Assembly: GCA_965219685.1 (NCBI GenBank)
Contig: CBDCOH010000002.1
Coordinates: 2,144,001 to 2,208,000, forward strand
Source of the DNA: Candidatus Spongiisociaceae bacterium
Lineage (GTDB): Bacteria > Actinomycetota > Acidimicrobiia > Spongiisociales > Spongiisociaceae
Direction: 5' to 3'
Length of the DNA: 64,000 nt
Positions within the stretch are counted from its first letter, which is position 1; each line of letters opens with the position of its first letter. The notes beneath the pieces were generated by a model that had not been told where the DNA came from, ran no database searches, and saw nothing but the letters and a program-made list of their open reading frames with translations. This document shows, piece after piece, positions 9,326 to 19,795 of this stretch. Position numbers and translations under genes: made by a program.

Positions 9326-10708
9326 TCAGATCTTGGCGAGGCTGGCCAGCCCGTCGCCACTGACTGCCGTTCCTTCCTTGAGGACCGCCCAAGGTCGACG
9401 GAGGCAGGCGAGGTCCTCCAGCGGGTTGCCGTCGACGACCAATATGTCCGCCAGCTTGCCCTTCTCAACGGTTCCGAGATCGCTGTCGACACCCAGTAGT
9501 TCCGCCCCCACCCGGGTGGCGGCTTCGATCACGGCTTGGCGGGGCATCCCCGACGCATGGAGCAGTTGCAGCTCGTCGTGCAGGCCCGATCCCGGGAGTA
9601 TGAAAGGGTTGGGCATGTCGGTCCCTGCCGCGATCCTGACCCCGCGCCGGTACGCCCGGCCTACGAACTCGAGTTGCCGTGACCACTCGGTGGGCGCCGC
9701 ATCCCAGTCCTCGGCGGAGTAATCGTTGATCCAGCCCTTACGTTCCCAGGTGTCGATGACCGCATCCGGCATCCGTTCGATTCCCTCCGGCTCGCGCACC
9801 TGGTCCTCCCGGTTGAGCAGCGCGCTTCGCGACAGGGTCAGGGTCGGAGTGAGGAAGACGCCTCGCTCCACGAGAAGATCCAGCAGGGCACCCGTACGGT
9901 CGGACTCGACGTCGATGTAGCGCCAAGGCCGGAACGACAGCAGGTGATCGTGCGCCCGGACGGGTTGGCGGGCCACTTCGGCGAGTTGCTCGCCGGTCAG
10001 CAGTTCGGCGCCGACCCGGATGTGTTCGAGCGCGTCCACACCGAGGAATACCGCCTCCTCCGCCGTGAGTGAGTGACCGACATGGGCGGCCACCTTCCGA
10101 CCTCGGGAATGCGCCGCCGACACGACCGCTCTCAGGATCTCGCCGGTCATCCACACGTACACCTTTACGAAGTCGGCGCCGTTGTCGAGCAGGTCGAGAG
10201 TCTGGGCTCGGGCCTCCTCGGGAGTCCGCACCACCCGGAGGCCCGGATGCGGACCGCCCGGCGGGCCGTCCAGATTCGGTCCCGAGCCGTAGAACCGCGG
10301 CCACCGGGAGTTCCCCTCCTTCAGAATCCCGAACGACCAGTCGAGGTCCGGGCTCCCCGTACACCTGACCGTGGTCACGCCATACTCGACGAACGCCCTC
10401 ATGAACCGGTCGAAGAGGGGCATCGGGTCTTCGACGCCGAACCGGTTGTACGGAAGCAACCCCAGGTGGACGTGGCTGTCGATCAGGCCGGGAAGGATGG
10501 TCTTGCCGGAGAGGTCGACCGTGTTGCTGCCGGCTACGGGCGGTGCGTCCCCTCGACGGGAGACGTTCGTGATGCGGCCACCGACCACCTCGACCACGGC
10601 GTCGTCGATCGGATTCCGCCCGGTCCCGTCGAAGAGCCTTGCGCCCGTGAGCACCAGAGCGGGAGCCGGTCCGCCTCCGGAACCTCCCGCAGCTACCTCA
10701 GCCGCCAT
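9326..10708 (-). CDS. Metal-dependent amidohydrolase (imidazolonepropionase-like superfamily)
   Basis: PGLIDSHVH, GVTTVR, DFVK, AHVG, EH, AGTD and GTVEKGKLADILVVDGNP motifs. Confidence 0.9.
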   Translation of the reverse strand: MAAEVAAGGSGGGPAPALVLTGARLFDGTGRNPIDDAVVEVVGGRITNVSRRGDAPPVAGSNTVDLSGKTILPGLIDSHVHLGLLPYNRFGVEDPMPLFDRFMRAFVEYGVTTVRCTGSPDLDWSFGILKEGNSRWPRFYGSGPNLDGPPGGPHPGLRVVRTPEEARAQTLDLLDNGADFVKVYVWMTGEILRAVVSAAHSRGRKVAAHVGHSLTAEEAVFLGVDALEHIRVGAELLTGEQLAEVARQPVRAHDHLLSFRPWRYIDVESDRTGALLDLLVERGVFLTPTLTLSRSALLNREDQVREPEGIERMPDAVIDTWERKGWINDYSAEDWDAAPTEWSRQLEFVGRAYRRGVRIAAGTDMPNPFILPGSGLHDELQLLHASGMPRQAVIEAATRVGAELLGVDSDLGTVEKGKLADILVVDGNPLEDLACLRRPWAVLKEGTAVSGDGLASLAKI

Positions 10709-11489
10709 TCGACCGCACCGACGCATGCCAGGGGATCGCGAAGGTCTCGACCAGTTGGACGACCTGGAACCAGACCACGCCGAGGATGGCGACGATGAGC
10801 ATGGATGCGTAGGCATCCGGCGTGTCGAAGGTCTCGAGACTCCGGGTCAGGAGTGTTCCGAGGCCTCTCTGCGAGGTGACGAACTCGGTGACGATCGCGC
10901 CGACGAGTGCCAACGTCACATTGAGTTTGAGGGAAGTGAAGATCCAGGGCAGGGCGCTCGGGATCTTCAGCTTCGTCAACCCGCCCAGCCTCCCGACCGC
11001 CAGTGACTCCAGAAGCTCCTCGGATTCGCGATCGATGGAGGTCAAGCCCTTGTAGACCGAGATGACTGTGGGCGGTACCGACATGAGGACGACCACCGCG
11101 ATGGCGGAGTTCGGACCCAGGCCGAAGTACAGGACCATGAGCGGGGCAGTAGCAAGGATCGGCATTGCCGCAAAGCCGCTGGTCACGGGCAGGAGGTAGC
11201 GACGCAACGCGTCAACCTCGGAGAGCACGATGGCCAAGGTGACTCCCGCGACCGATCCGAGCACGTATCCGACTCCGGCCGCGTAGAAGGTGTCGTACGC
11301 GTGCCTGCGGAAGGTGCGCCACCCCTCGAAGAACGCCTTGACGACCGCGCTCGGATAGGGAACGGTGAAGATCTTGAGATCGAACAGGTTGTGGTACAAA
11401 CCCCGCTCCCAGGTTATGAGCAGCGCGACCAGCACCACCAGGGGAGGGAGGATCCGTAGGGCGGTCAGGCGTATCCGTTTGCGCGTCAT
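10698..11489 (-). CDS. NitT/TauT-family ABC permease
   Basis: KLKIPSALPWIFTSLK..GAIVTEF..GLG motif; six transmembrane segments. Confidence 0.9.
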   Translation of the reverse strand: MTRKRIRLTALRILPPLVVLVALLITWERGLYHNLFDLKIFTVPYPSAVVKAFFEGWRTFRRHAYDTFYAAGVGYVLGSVAGVTLAIVLSEVDALRRYLLPVTSGFAAMPILATAPLMVLYFGLGPNSAIAVVVLMSVPPTVISVYKGLTSIDRESEELLESLAVGRLGGLTKLKIPSALPWIFTSLKLNVTLALVGAIVTEFVTSQRGLGTLLTRSLETFDTPDAYASMLIVAILGVVWFQVVQLVETFAIPWHASVRSNGG

Positions 11490-11496
11490 CGGACCC

Positions 11497-12345
11497 CTAT
11501 CCCCGGAACTCCGGTTGCCACGGGGTGATCAGGCGTTCGAGCAGAGCTGCCCCCCGGTAGAAGATCACCCCCAGAAGGAGGGTCAGGATCACCGCTGCCC
11601 AGAACAGGCTGGCGAACTGGGGCCCGTAGTACTGGGTGATGAGGATCAGGTAACCGACCCCGTCGGTTGCTCCGGACAGCTCCACGACGATCTCCGCGAC
11701 CACGGCGAGCGGGGCGGCGATCTTGAACCCCGTGAAGAAGAAGGGCGCGGCGGCAGGGATCCGGAGCTTCGTCAGCGTCTGCAGCCGCGACGAGTTGTAG
11801 CTGGCCATCAACTCGGCCTCCTCGGGTGGAACGCTCTTGAGTCCCTTGAGCACGTTGAGCGACATCGGGAAGAACGTGATGTAGCTCGCCACCACTATGC
11901 GGGTGATGGTGAAGTCCCTGAGTATCGCCAGCAGGATCGGGGCCAGGGCGATGGTCGGGACCATCTGCCCGAACACCACGTAGGGGTAGAAGGCGCTCTC
12001 CCATATCCGGGAGCGCCCTGCGATGAGTGCCAGCAGCACACCGATGGTGGTTCCGATCACCAGCCCTACCATCGCGCCGCTCGCGGTGGTCCGTACCGCC
12101 GACCACAGGTCGGGCCAGTTCTGCACCATGGCAATCGCCACGTCGTGGAGGAAGGGAAACTTCTTGCCGGCCAGGGGCGTATCGCTCGCCGCCACCCTCC
12201 AGGCGTTCAACTGCCAGAGCCCACCGAAGGCGAGCGCCAGCAACACGCCGACAGTCCATGTCCGTGACCTGGTCCACTCCGACCGTGTCTCGACCGGGGA
12301 AGAAGCCGAACCACTTCCCCGATCGATCACACCCGGCTCGCTCAC
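11497..12345 (-). CDS. NitT/TauT-family ABC permease
   Basis: QMVPTIALAP and KLRIPAAAPFFFTGFK..GVGY motifs. Confidence 0.9.
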   Translation of the reverse strand: MSEPGVIDRGSGSASSPVETRSEWTRSRTWTVGVLLALAFGGLWQLNAWRVAASDTPLAGKKFPFLHDVAIAMVQNWPDLWSAVRTTASGAMVGLVIGTTIGVLLALIAGRSRIWESAFYPYVVFGQMVPTIALAPILLAILRDFTITRIVVASYITFFPMSLNVLKGLKSVPPEEAELMASYNSSRLQTLTKLRIPAAAPFFFTGFKIAAPLAVVAEIVVELSGATDGVGYLILITQYYGPQFASLFWAAVILTLLLGVIFYRGAALLERLITPWQPEFRG

Positions 12346-12381
12346 TTGTACCTCAGGCGTTCGGAACCCTCGGGGCTAGAT

Positions 12382-13461
12382 TCACCCGGTCGCCATCTCC
12401 CAGATCGATGCGTCGTACGCGTCGCCGGCCGGGACCTCGTCGTCGAGCATCCCGAAGCCGAACAGGTCGGTGGAGAGTCGCTCGAATACCGCGACGTCGA
12501 TGCTTCCGTACTCCGACGCGGGGAAGCCCGCCGGGAAGTGCAGGTCCTCGAGCGCGGTGAGCATGTTGGTCTGGTGCAGTTCGGAAGCCTGTACGGCCTG
12601 TTCGAGGATCACGCTGACGGTCTCGTCCGGATTGTCGAAGGCATACTTCCAACCGCGGATGGTCGCCTTGACGAAGCGGGCTATAGCCTCGCCCTTCTCG
12701 GCCAGGATCTCCTCGGTCGTATGCAGCACTCCGTGGGGGCTGCCCACGCCGTAGTCGTCGAAGTCGATGATGACCAGATCGTCCGCGGTCAGGCCCTCCT
12801 CGTACAACGACTGGAGTTCGTTCCAGTAGGTCGGAGTGATGGTGTCGTACTCCCCGTTCAGGAACGGGTCGAGGCTGAAACCCTGCTCCACCAATTCGAA
12901 GTCGACGCCGGGCTCGAGGCCGATCTGGGCGGCGAGCGCCAACAACTCGACCTCGTCACCGCCGCCGTGGAAAGCTGCGACGGTCTTGCCGGCGAGATCC
13001 TCCGGGCCCTGGATCCCGCTGTCGGCCATCGCCACGATGGGGAATCCGGACTTGCGATGGAACTGGGCCACCGCCACCAGTGGGACTCCGCGGCTGCGGG
13101 CCACGAAGATAGAAGCCGCCTTGCCGAGCGTGAGATCGGCCGCTCCGGTGATGATCTGCTGGTCGGGACTGACATCCGGTCCGCCGGGAAGCACCTCAAC
13201 GTCGAGGTTCTCCTCGTCGTAGAAGCCCTTGCGATCGGCCATGATGTAGCCGGCGAACTGCGACTGCGGCACCCAGGTGAGCTGCATCACCAGGCTCACC
13301 CTCTCCGGCCCGGCGGTCGTCGTGGGCCCTGCGGTCGTCGCCGGCGCGGCGGTGGTTGGCGGAGCGGTTGTGGTGGCCGGTTCATCGTCCTCGCCGCACG
13401 CCATTGCGACAAGTGTCAACGCGATAAGTCCGACGAGAATCCTGCCGCGGATACGCTTCAT
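12382..13461 (-). CDS. NMT1/THI5-like ABC substrate-binding lipoprotein
   Basis: Lipobox VAMAC, Thr/Pro linker, LTWVPQSQFAGYIMADRKGFY, and FVKATIRGWKYAFDNP. Confidence 0.9.
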   Translation of the reverse strand: MKRIRGRILVGLIALTLVAMACGEDDEPATTTAPPTTAAPATTAGPTTTAGPERVSLVMQLTWVPQSQFAGYIMADRKGFYDEENLDVEVLPGGPDVSPDQQIITGAADLTLGKAASIFVARSRGVPLVAVAQFHRKSGFPIVAMADSGIQGPEDLAGKTVAAFHGGGDEVELLALAAQIGLEPGVDFELVEQGFSLDPFLNGEYDTITPTYWNELQSLYEEGLTADDLVIIDFDDYGVGSPHGVLHTTEEILAEKGEAIARFVKATIRGWKYAFDNPDETVSVILEQAVQASELHQTNMLTALEDLHFPAGFPASEYGSIDVAVFERLSTDLFGFGMLDDEVPAGDAYDASIWEMATG

Positions 13462-13566
13462 GGTCACCTCCCATGGGTCCAGATCCAGTCCTGGCCGAAT
13501 CAACCACCGGTCCAGGCCGAGTTGACGAGTCAGGGTATCAGCCCGCCCTCCTGTTGTCCCAGACAA

Positions 13567-13611
13567 ACTCACACTGTGGAACCTTCGCCCCGTCCTCCTG
13601 CGGGAGGACGG
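13567..13611. promoter_or_regulatory. Candidate IclR-type operator (ACTCAC-ACT-GTGGAA) and adjacent 9-bp hairpin upstream of the NMT1-like gene
   Basis: 15-bp motif at 13567-13581. Perfect stem CCGTCCTCC-tgcg-GGAGGACGG at 13590-13611. Confidence 0.4.
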
Positions 13612-13677
13612 ACCATGAGTCCGGAGTCCCGCTCGCCGCCGGCCATCCCCGGTCGCGTGACCGGCAACGGATAACGG

Positions 13678-14625
13678 TCAGCGGCTCTCTCTCCGGTAGG
13701 GGGTAGCGAGAGCGGCCGGCGCGCCCAGTTTTCTGGCCAGTCTCGTGTTGCTCGTGAAGAGGATCAGGAACAGGAGGGTGAAGGCGAACGGCATCATCAG
13801 CAAGAAGTCGGATGGGATCGGTATGTCCAGAAGCTGGAAGGTCAGACCCAGGTTGGTCAATCCCCCGAAGGCGTAGGAGGCGAACAGCGCCCTCCACGGG
13901 CGCCAACCCGAGAAGGCCACCATCGCAAACGCTATCCATCCGAGTCCGCCCGAGAAACCCTGCTGCCATGCCCCCACCAGCGCCACCGAGAGATAGCCGC
14001 CCGCCAACCCCGTGAAGGCTCCCCCAACCAGGACATGCACGTATCGCGTCAGAGCGACCGGTACACCGGCCGCGTCGGCCGTGGCGGGATCCTCTCCCAC
14101 TGCTCTCGCCGCCAAGCCCCGGCGCGTCCTGAAGAGGTAGAAGCTGGCCGCGGCGACGAGCAGCCACGATATGTAGACGAGCGGATCGTGCCCCAGAAGT
14201 ATCGGCCCCAGTAGCGGCAGGTCAGAAAGAGCCTCCGGAAACACCGGATCCAGGTCTCGGGGCGGCGACCTGCGGATCAGGGGCGTACTGCCGATCTCGC
14301 CCAGGAATGCCGATAACCCGCTCCCGAGAATGAACAGGCCCAGTCCGGAGACGATCTGGTTGACCCGCAGGCTCACGGACAGCACCGCATGGATCAGAGA
14401 GAAAAGCATGCCCGCCACTATCGCGACCACGAGTCCCAGCCAAGGATTGTCGGTCGCGGACGCAGCCCAGAAGCCGGTCACGCCCCCGACCAGCAACATG
14501 CCTTCGATACCCAGGTTCATCACACCGGAACGCTCGGCCAGGATCTCCCCCACCGATACCAGCACGAGGGTCGTTCCCGAGGCAATCGCCGCGACGATCG
14601 ACAGCACGAAGACGGTGTCGTTCAT
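13678..14625 (-). CDS. ABC permease (nucleoside-type, YufQ-like)
   Basis: ERSGVMNLGIEG, GLGWIAFAMVAFSGWRP and APAALATPY motifs. Confidence 0.92.
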   Translation of the reverse strand: MNDTVFVLSIVAAIASGTTLVLVSVGEILAERSGVMNLGIEGMLLVGGVTGFWAASATDNPWLGLVVAIVAGMLFSLIHAVLSVSLRVNQIVSGLGLFILGSGLSAFLGEIGSTPLIRRSPPRDLDPVFPEALSDLPLLGPILLGHDPLVYISWLLVAAASFYLFRTRRGLAARAVGEDPATADAAGVPVALTRYVHVLVGGAFTGLAGGYLSVALVGAWQQGFSGGLGWIAFAMVAFSGWRPWRALFASYAFGGLTNLGLTFQLLDIPIPSDFLLMMPFAFTLLFLILFTSNTRLARKLGAPAALATPYRRESR

Positions 14626-15785
14626 GTCGCCTTCCCCTGTGGCGCCACGCCTGATCCGGATCGATCGACCACCCGAACCCGGTAGAGCGCGAAGAACTGT
14701 CCCGCCGCCGCGGCGAGGAGGAGCATGCCGTGAAATGCGACCACGACGGAGTTGGGGATTCCGAGCGTCTGCAGGGCTTGGCCGGAGTTCGTGATCGCCG
14801 CCACCACGATGCCCACCGGTATAACCGCGGCCATGTTGAGACGGGCGAGCGCCGCGACGACGATACCGGTGTAGCCCAGGCCTATCGACAGTGCTCCTGG
14901 CTCCAGCGCACGGAGGACCCCTGACACCTCGATCCCGCCTGCCAGACCGGCGAGCCCGCCTGAGAGCAGCAGCACCGCGATAGTCTTGCGGGTCACGTTC
15001 ATCCCCGCATAGCGTGCTGCTTTCGGGGTGTCCCCTATCGCTCTCACCTCGAAGCCCCAGGGGCTATGCCTGATCGCTGACCAGAGACTCAAGGCCAGGA
15101 TGACCGCGATCAGAAAACCGATGTGCAGTCCCCGGCGACCCGTACCCCACAGCAGCGGTAGTTCGGCCACTTCGGGAATGGGTTCCCCGGTGGGGAAGTT
15201 CGGCCGGTCGAGATCCCGCCAGGGGCTGGTACTACCCAGAACGAGGTAGTTCATGACGAAGAGGGCCATGAAGTTCAACATCAGTGTGGATGTCACCTCG
15301 TCGGTTCCGAAGTAGGCGCGCGGAACAGCGGCGATCAACGCCAGAAGACCACCACCGAGCACTCCGGCGGCGAGCACGACCGGGACCGCAATCCAGGTAG
15401 GCCGGCCTTCCAAGAACAGGACACCGATTCCCGACGCAAAGATGGCTCCCAGATACAGCTGTCCCTCGGCGCCGATGTTCCATAGGACCATCTTGAATGC
15501 GAGCGCGGCCGCGAGGCCGGTGAGGATGAGCGGCGTCGCCAGGATCAGCGTCCGCCGCACGGCCAACTCGGAGCGAAAACCTCCGGTGATCATCAGTCTC
15601 AGCGAAGGTATGGGCTCGAAGCCCGTAACGAGAAGCAACACCGCGCCGGCCACCAAGGCCCCGGCCAGGACTCCGAGTAGGAGGGCCAGCTTGAATCGAG
15701 CCGACTGGCGTGGCCGGGGTTCGATCCGTAACGACCGCGCGAACGCGATCAGGCCTGCGGGAGACCGGAAGGAGAGGTCGCTCAT
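14622..15785 (-). CDS. ABC permease (nucleoside-type, YufP-like)
   Basis: WNIGAEGQ, STLMLNF and GYTGIVVAALARL motifs. Confidence 0.92.
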   Translation of the reverse strand: MSDLSFRSPAGLIAFARSLRIEPRPRQSARFKLALLLGVLAGALVAGAVLLLVTGFEPIPSLRLMITGGFRSELAVRRTLILATPLILTGLAAALAFKMVLWNIGAEGQLYLGAIFASGIGVLFLEGRPTWIAVPVVLAAGVLGGGLLALIAAVPRAYFGTDEVTSTLMLNFMALFVMNYLVLGSTSPWRDLDRPNFPTGEPIPEVAELPLLWGTGRRGLHIGFLIAVILALSLWSAIRHSPWGFEVRAIGDTPKAARYAGMNVTRKTIAVLLLSGGLAGLAGGIEVSGVLRALEPGALSIGLGYTGIVVAALARLNMAAVIPVGIVVAAITNSGQALQTLGIPNSVVVAFHGMLLLAAAAGQFFALYRVRVVDRSGSGVAPQGKAT

Positions 15786-15803
15786 CGACCCGGGCCCGTT
15801 GCC

Positions 15804-16991
15804 CTACGTCGGAATGCTCGCTCCCTCGAGGAATGACACCAGCCAGTCGCAGCAGCCCTGGACCTCCACCAGACCCAGGGACTCTCCGTCTGCAACCCTT
15901 TCGACACCCTCGTTGTCCGCTATCGGTCCTCGGAAGACCTCGAAGGTGCCGCTGACCAGCTCCTCCTTCTTCTGTTCGATCGCCTCGAGGACGGCCGAAG
16001 TAACGGCAGGGCCGTAGTTGGCTTCGACAAGCATGCCTTCGGCAATCCCTCCGTAATAGAGCTCCGGCTCCCAGACGCCCGCGATCATGTCCTCCACGGC
16101 CTTCTTGTAATAGGCATCCCACCGGATACGGAAGCCGCCCATCCAGGACTCGGGATTGACGTCCGAGAGATCCTGGTCGTAGCTCGAGAACAACAGACCC
16201 TCACGGTCGGCGAAGGACGGTACCCCCGGCGAACTCATGTCGCTGACGATCACATCCGCGCCAGCCTCGAAGAGCGTACGCGCTGCCTCACGTTCGAGGT
16301 CCGGGTCGTACCACGAGTTGACCCACAACACCTCCATCCGTGCCTCCGGGTTCACAGCTTCCACTCCCAGAGCTACGGCATTGAGCGTCCGCACCTCGAT
16401 CGGCACCGGGAACCCCGAGATGAAGCCGATGACATTCGTTTCGGTCAGCATCCCCGCCATCATCCCGTGGAGGTACCGGATCTCTTCGATCGCGGTGAAG
16501 TACTGGGCGAGGTTGTCCGCGAGCAACGTCCCGCCGACGGTCGCGAACTTCGAGTCGGGGTAGTCCTCGTTGATGGTCAGAATGTCCTCGGTGTGGCTCG
16601 AGCCCGTGGCCAGGATCAACTGGTGGCCCTGCGAGGCCAACTCCTCCAGAGCGAGCTGGGCACGCTGACCGGGGTTGGCTCCCTCGATCCTGGTCACTTC
16701 GATTCCGGGATAGGCCTCCTTCACACGGTCGACTGCGGCGCTGTGCGACTCGTTCCAGCCCCCGTCAAGGAGCGGTCCGTCGAAGATGACGCCGACCTTC
16801 AAACCCGAGCCGTCGGCACCGATGCCGCTACCCGCGGCTTCCGTCGTGGTGGCTGCGGTGGTCGTCGGGGCCTGAGTGGTCGCCGGAGCCTGGGTGGCCG
16901 CCGTCGTCTCGGCGACCTCGTCGCCGCCACAAGCTCCCGCCAACAGGGCGAAAGCCAATGCGAGAACTAGTGGTAGTCGTTTACCGGCCAT
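15804..16991 (-). CDS. BMP-family ABC substrate-binding lipoprotein
   Basis: Lipobox LAGAC, TQAPTT linker, DGGWNESH, and NSWYDP..EREAA. Confidence 0.92.
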   Translation of the reverse strand: MAGKRLPLVLALAFALLAGACGGDEVAETTAATQAPATTQAPTTTAATTTEAAGSGIGADGSGLKVGVIFDGPLLDGGWNESHSAAVDRVKEAYPGIEVTRIEGANPGQRAQLALEELASQGHQLILATGSSHTEDILTINEDYPDSKFATVGGTLLADNLAQYFTAIEEIRYLHGMMAGMLTETNVIGFISGFPVPIEVRTLNAVALGVEAVNPEARMEVLWVNSWYDPDLEREAARTLFEAGADVIVSDMSSPGVPSFADREGLLFSSYDQDLSDVNPESWMGGFRIRWDAYYKKAVEDMIAGVWEPELYYGGIAEGMLVEANYGPAVTSAVLEAIEQKKEELVSGTFEVFRGPIADNEGVERVADGESLGLVEVQGCCDWLVSFLEGASIPT

Positions 16992-17289
16992 CCTGACCCT
17001 CCTAGGTTTGGCGTGACACGTTGGAAACTGGATAGTGCGTCCCAGGGCTTGTGTCAAGCGAATGCAGAAAAACCGCTGGTCCGCCGGATGCGGTCTAACG
17101 CATGATGCGCCTCTAGGAGGAGAACCCCGGATCGGACATCGGGCGACGTAACCCCATAGCGCCGATCGGGCAACCATGTAATAATTGCCGCGATTTGCCT
17201 GGCCTGAAAGACGTGGACCCGGAGCGGCGCGGCTCCAAACCGTCGGCGTTCGGAAGAACCGGAACCGCACGCGGCGCCACGACATCCGG

Positions 17290-18885
17290 ATGGACTTGAG
17301 TAGGGATTCGCAGGACCCTGGCGGACCCGCAACGGGGGGCTCATCGGGAGCCGAGTCCGCAGACCTGCAACCGCGCGCAGGGTTCGCCGCCGAGCTCCAT
17401 TCGATCGAGAAGTCCTTCTTCGGCGTGGCGGCCAATGACAACATCGACTTCGACGTCAGGTGGGGCGAGGTCCATGCTCTGCTCGGCGAGAACGGTGCGG
17501 GCAAGTCGACCCTGTGCTCGGTCCTCGCCGGGCTCTATCGACCTGACGCCGGCCAGATCGTCATCGACGGAACGCCGGTCCAGTTCCGGTCCCCCCACGA
17601 TGCCCTCGCCGCAGGAGTCGGGATGGTCTACCAGCACTTTCGCCTGGTCGACACGTTCACGGTCGCGGAGAACCTCGCCCTCGGCCACGAAACTGAGGGC
17701 CGGCTCTCCCGCCGCAAGATCGAGGCCGACGTAGCGGCTCTCAGCGAGGCTTACCAACTACCGGTCTCCCCCAAGGCCCAGATATGGCAATTGTCCGTGG
17801 GTGAACAGCAACGCGTCGAGATCCTGAAGCTGCTCCATATCGGCGTGCGCGTCCTTATTCTGGACGAGCCGACCGCGGTCCTGACGCCGCAGGAGTCGCA
17901 GTCGTTGTTCCGAACGGTCCGCCTGATGGCCGAGCAGGGCAAGGCCGTCATCTTCGTGTCTCACAAGCTCGACGAGGTTCTAGCCGTTTCGGATCGAGTT
18001 ACCGTGCTGCGAGCCACGAAGAAGGTCGCAGAGCTTCCCACGGCCACCACCGATGCGGGCACCCTGGCCCGATTGATGGTCGGGCGTGACGTCGAGCTAC
18101 CCGAGCGAAGGGCCGGGGAGACAACCGGAAAGCCGGTCTTGGCGGTCCGCGGACTGGCGGTACCGGGTGATCGCGGTTTCGAAGCCGTCCGAGGCGTCGA
18201 TCTGGACGTACGGGGCGGGGAGATCGTCGGGATCGCCGGCGTGGCCGGAAACGGTCAGCGTGAACTGGCCGAAGCGCTTGCCGGGCTACGGAAGGCCGAG
18301 CGCGGGAGGGTGACTCTCGACGGAACCGAGATAACCGGGGCCTCGCCCCTGGATCGGATCCGGATGGGCCTGGGATTCATACCCGAAGACCGGTTGGGTA
18401 TGGGTCTGGTGAGCGGACTCCCTCTGGAGGACAACCTCATTCTGAAGTCCTACAGGTGGCCCCCGCACCGGCGGGGCCCGATTCTGTCATCCCGCGCGAT
18501 CAAGCGAAGCGCTCGGCGCCTGATCGAACGATTCGACATCCGCGGGACCCTCACGGAGTTCCCGGTCCGGTTTCTCTCCGGCGGGAACCTGCAGCGAGCG
18601 ATCCTCGCCAGGGAGATCTCGCAACGTCCCAAGGTATTGATCGCGAGTTCACCGACCAGAGGACTGGACATAGCCGCCATCGGGGCCGTTCGCGAGGTCT
18701 TGCTGGAGGAGCGCGCCAGCGGAACTGCCATCCTCCTGCTGTCCGAAGACCTGGATGAACTACGTTCGATGGCGGATGTCATCCTCGTGATGTTCGAGGG
18801 TCGGATCGTGGGAGAGGTCTCGCCGGATCGATTCGACCGGGAGCAGATCGGGCTGATGATGGCAGGGCGCGCCGACGCGCGCTAG
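17290..18885 (+). CDS. ABC transporter ATP-binding protein (nucleoside-type), divergent from its permease operon
   Basis: GENGAGKST, LSVGEQQRVEI and LSGGNLQR motifs. Confidence 0.93.
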   Translation: MDLSRDSQDPGGPATGGSSGAESADLQPRAGFAAELHSIEKSFFGVAANDNIDFDVRWGEVHALLGENGAGKSTLCSVLAGLYRPDAGQIVIDGTPVQFRSPHDALAAGVGMVYQHFRLVDTFTVAENLALGHETEGRLSRRKIEADVAALSEAYQLPVSPKAQIWQLSVGEQQRVEILKLLHIGVRVLILDEPTAVLTPQESQSLFRTVRLMAEQGKAVIFVSHKLDEVLAVSDRVTVLRATKKVAELPTATTDAGTLARLMVGRDVELPERRAGETTGKPVLAVRGLAVPGDRGFEAVRGVDLDVRGGEIVGIAGVAGNGQRELAEALAGLRKAERGRVTLDGTEITGASPLDRIRMGLGFIPEDRLGMGLVSGLPLEDNLILKSYRWPPHRRGPILSSRAIKRSARRLIERFDIRGTLTEFPVRFLSGGNLQRAILAREISQRPKVLIASSPTRGLDIAAIGAVREVLLEERASGTAILLLSEDLDELRSMADVILVMFEGRIVGEVSPDRFDREQIGLMMAGRADAR

Positions 18886-18983
18886 GTGTGACAGGTCCGG
18901 TGCCTTGCGCGTTCTCCCCGCAAGAGTGCATCATGGACGATCACTCCACCTGAACGAGTTGGTCATACCGAAAGAAGGACGAG

Positions 18984-19739
18984 ATGGGTGCTTTCGATAG
19001 CAAGGTCGTGGTGGTCACCGGCACCGCCATGGGCATCGGCCAGGCATACGCGCTGGGCTTCGCGAGGGAGGGTGCCCATGTGGTCGCCGCGGACATAGCC
19101 GATAACAGCGAAACGGTCGGGCTCATCGAAGCGGAAGGAGGCAGCGTCCTGCCCGTCCACGTCGACGTGACCGACCTCGAGTCGACTGCCGCCATGGCCA
19201 AGACCGCCGGCGATGCCTTCGGCAGGATCGATGTCCTTGTCAACAACGCCGCCTACTACCGGACCCAGCAACTGCTCCCGTTCGACGAGATGTCCGTCGA
19301 GGAGTGGGACAAGGCCTTTGATGTCAACACCAAGGGCTCCTGGTTGTGTGCTCGAGCAGTCTTCCCGTACATGAAGCGGCAGAACTCCGGGAAGGTGATC
19401 AACATCTCGTCGATGACCGCCTTCAAGAAGTACGTGCTTCCCGAGGGTCAGGGGTTCCTGCACTACGTCGCTTCGAAGGCTGCGGTAGTCGGGCTGACCC
19501 GAGGGCTCGCCATCGAGATGGGCCCGCACAACATCTGCGTGAACACCGTGGTGCCCGAGTACATCCCGACCGGCATCTGGGACGACGATGTCGACCGCTA
19601 CGTCATCGAAGAGCGGATCTTCAAGCGCACCCAGACTCCCGAGGATATGGTCGGCGTCGTTCTCTTCCTGGCCGGATCCGGGTCGGACATGGTAACCGGC
19701 CAGACGATCATGGTGAACGGAGGCACGCACCTCCACTGA
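18984..19739 (+). CDS. Short-chain dehydrogenase/reductase
   Basis: TGTAMGIG, NNA and YVASK catalytic motif. Confidence 0.93.
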   Translation: MGAFDSKVVVVTGTAMGIGQAYALGFAREGAHVVAADIADNSETVGLIEAEGGSVLPVHVDVTDLESTAAMAKTAGDAFGRIDVLVNNAAYYRTQQLLPFDEMSVEEWDKAFDVNTKGSWLCARAVFPYMKRQNSGKVINISSMTAFKKYVLPEGQGFLHYVASKAAVVGLTRGLAIEMGPHNICVNTVVPEYIPTGIWDDDVDRYVIEERIFKRTQTPEDMVGVVLFLAGSGSDMVTGQTIMVNGGTHLH

Positions 19740-19745
19740 ACTGAT

Positions 19746-19787
19746 TAGTTCGTAGTCGGTGGTTAATAGTTCGTAGCCGGTGGTACC
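19746..19787 (+). repeat. 7-bp repeat tract with 21-bp higher-order period
   Basis: tagttcg tagtcgg tggttaa tagttcg tagccgg tggtacc. Confidence 0.75.
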
Positions 19788-19795
19788 GGCTTTTG

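Noticed and set aside
13462-13677. TPP or xanthine (NMT1-motif) riboswitch upstream of the THI5-like gene
   Set aside because: The hallmark conserved segments were not found; only a simple hairpin is present.
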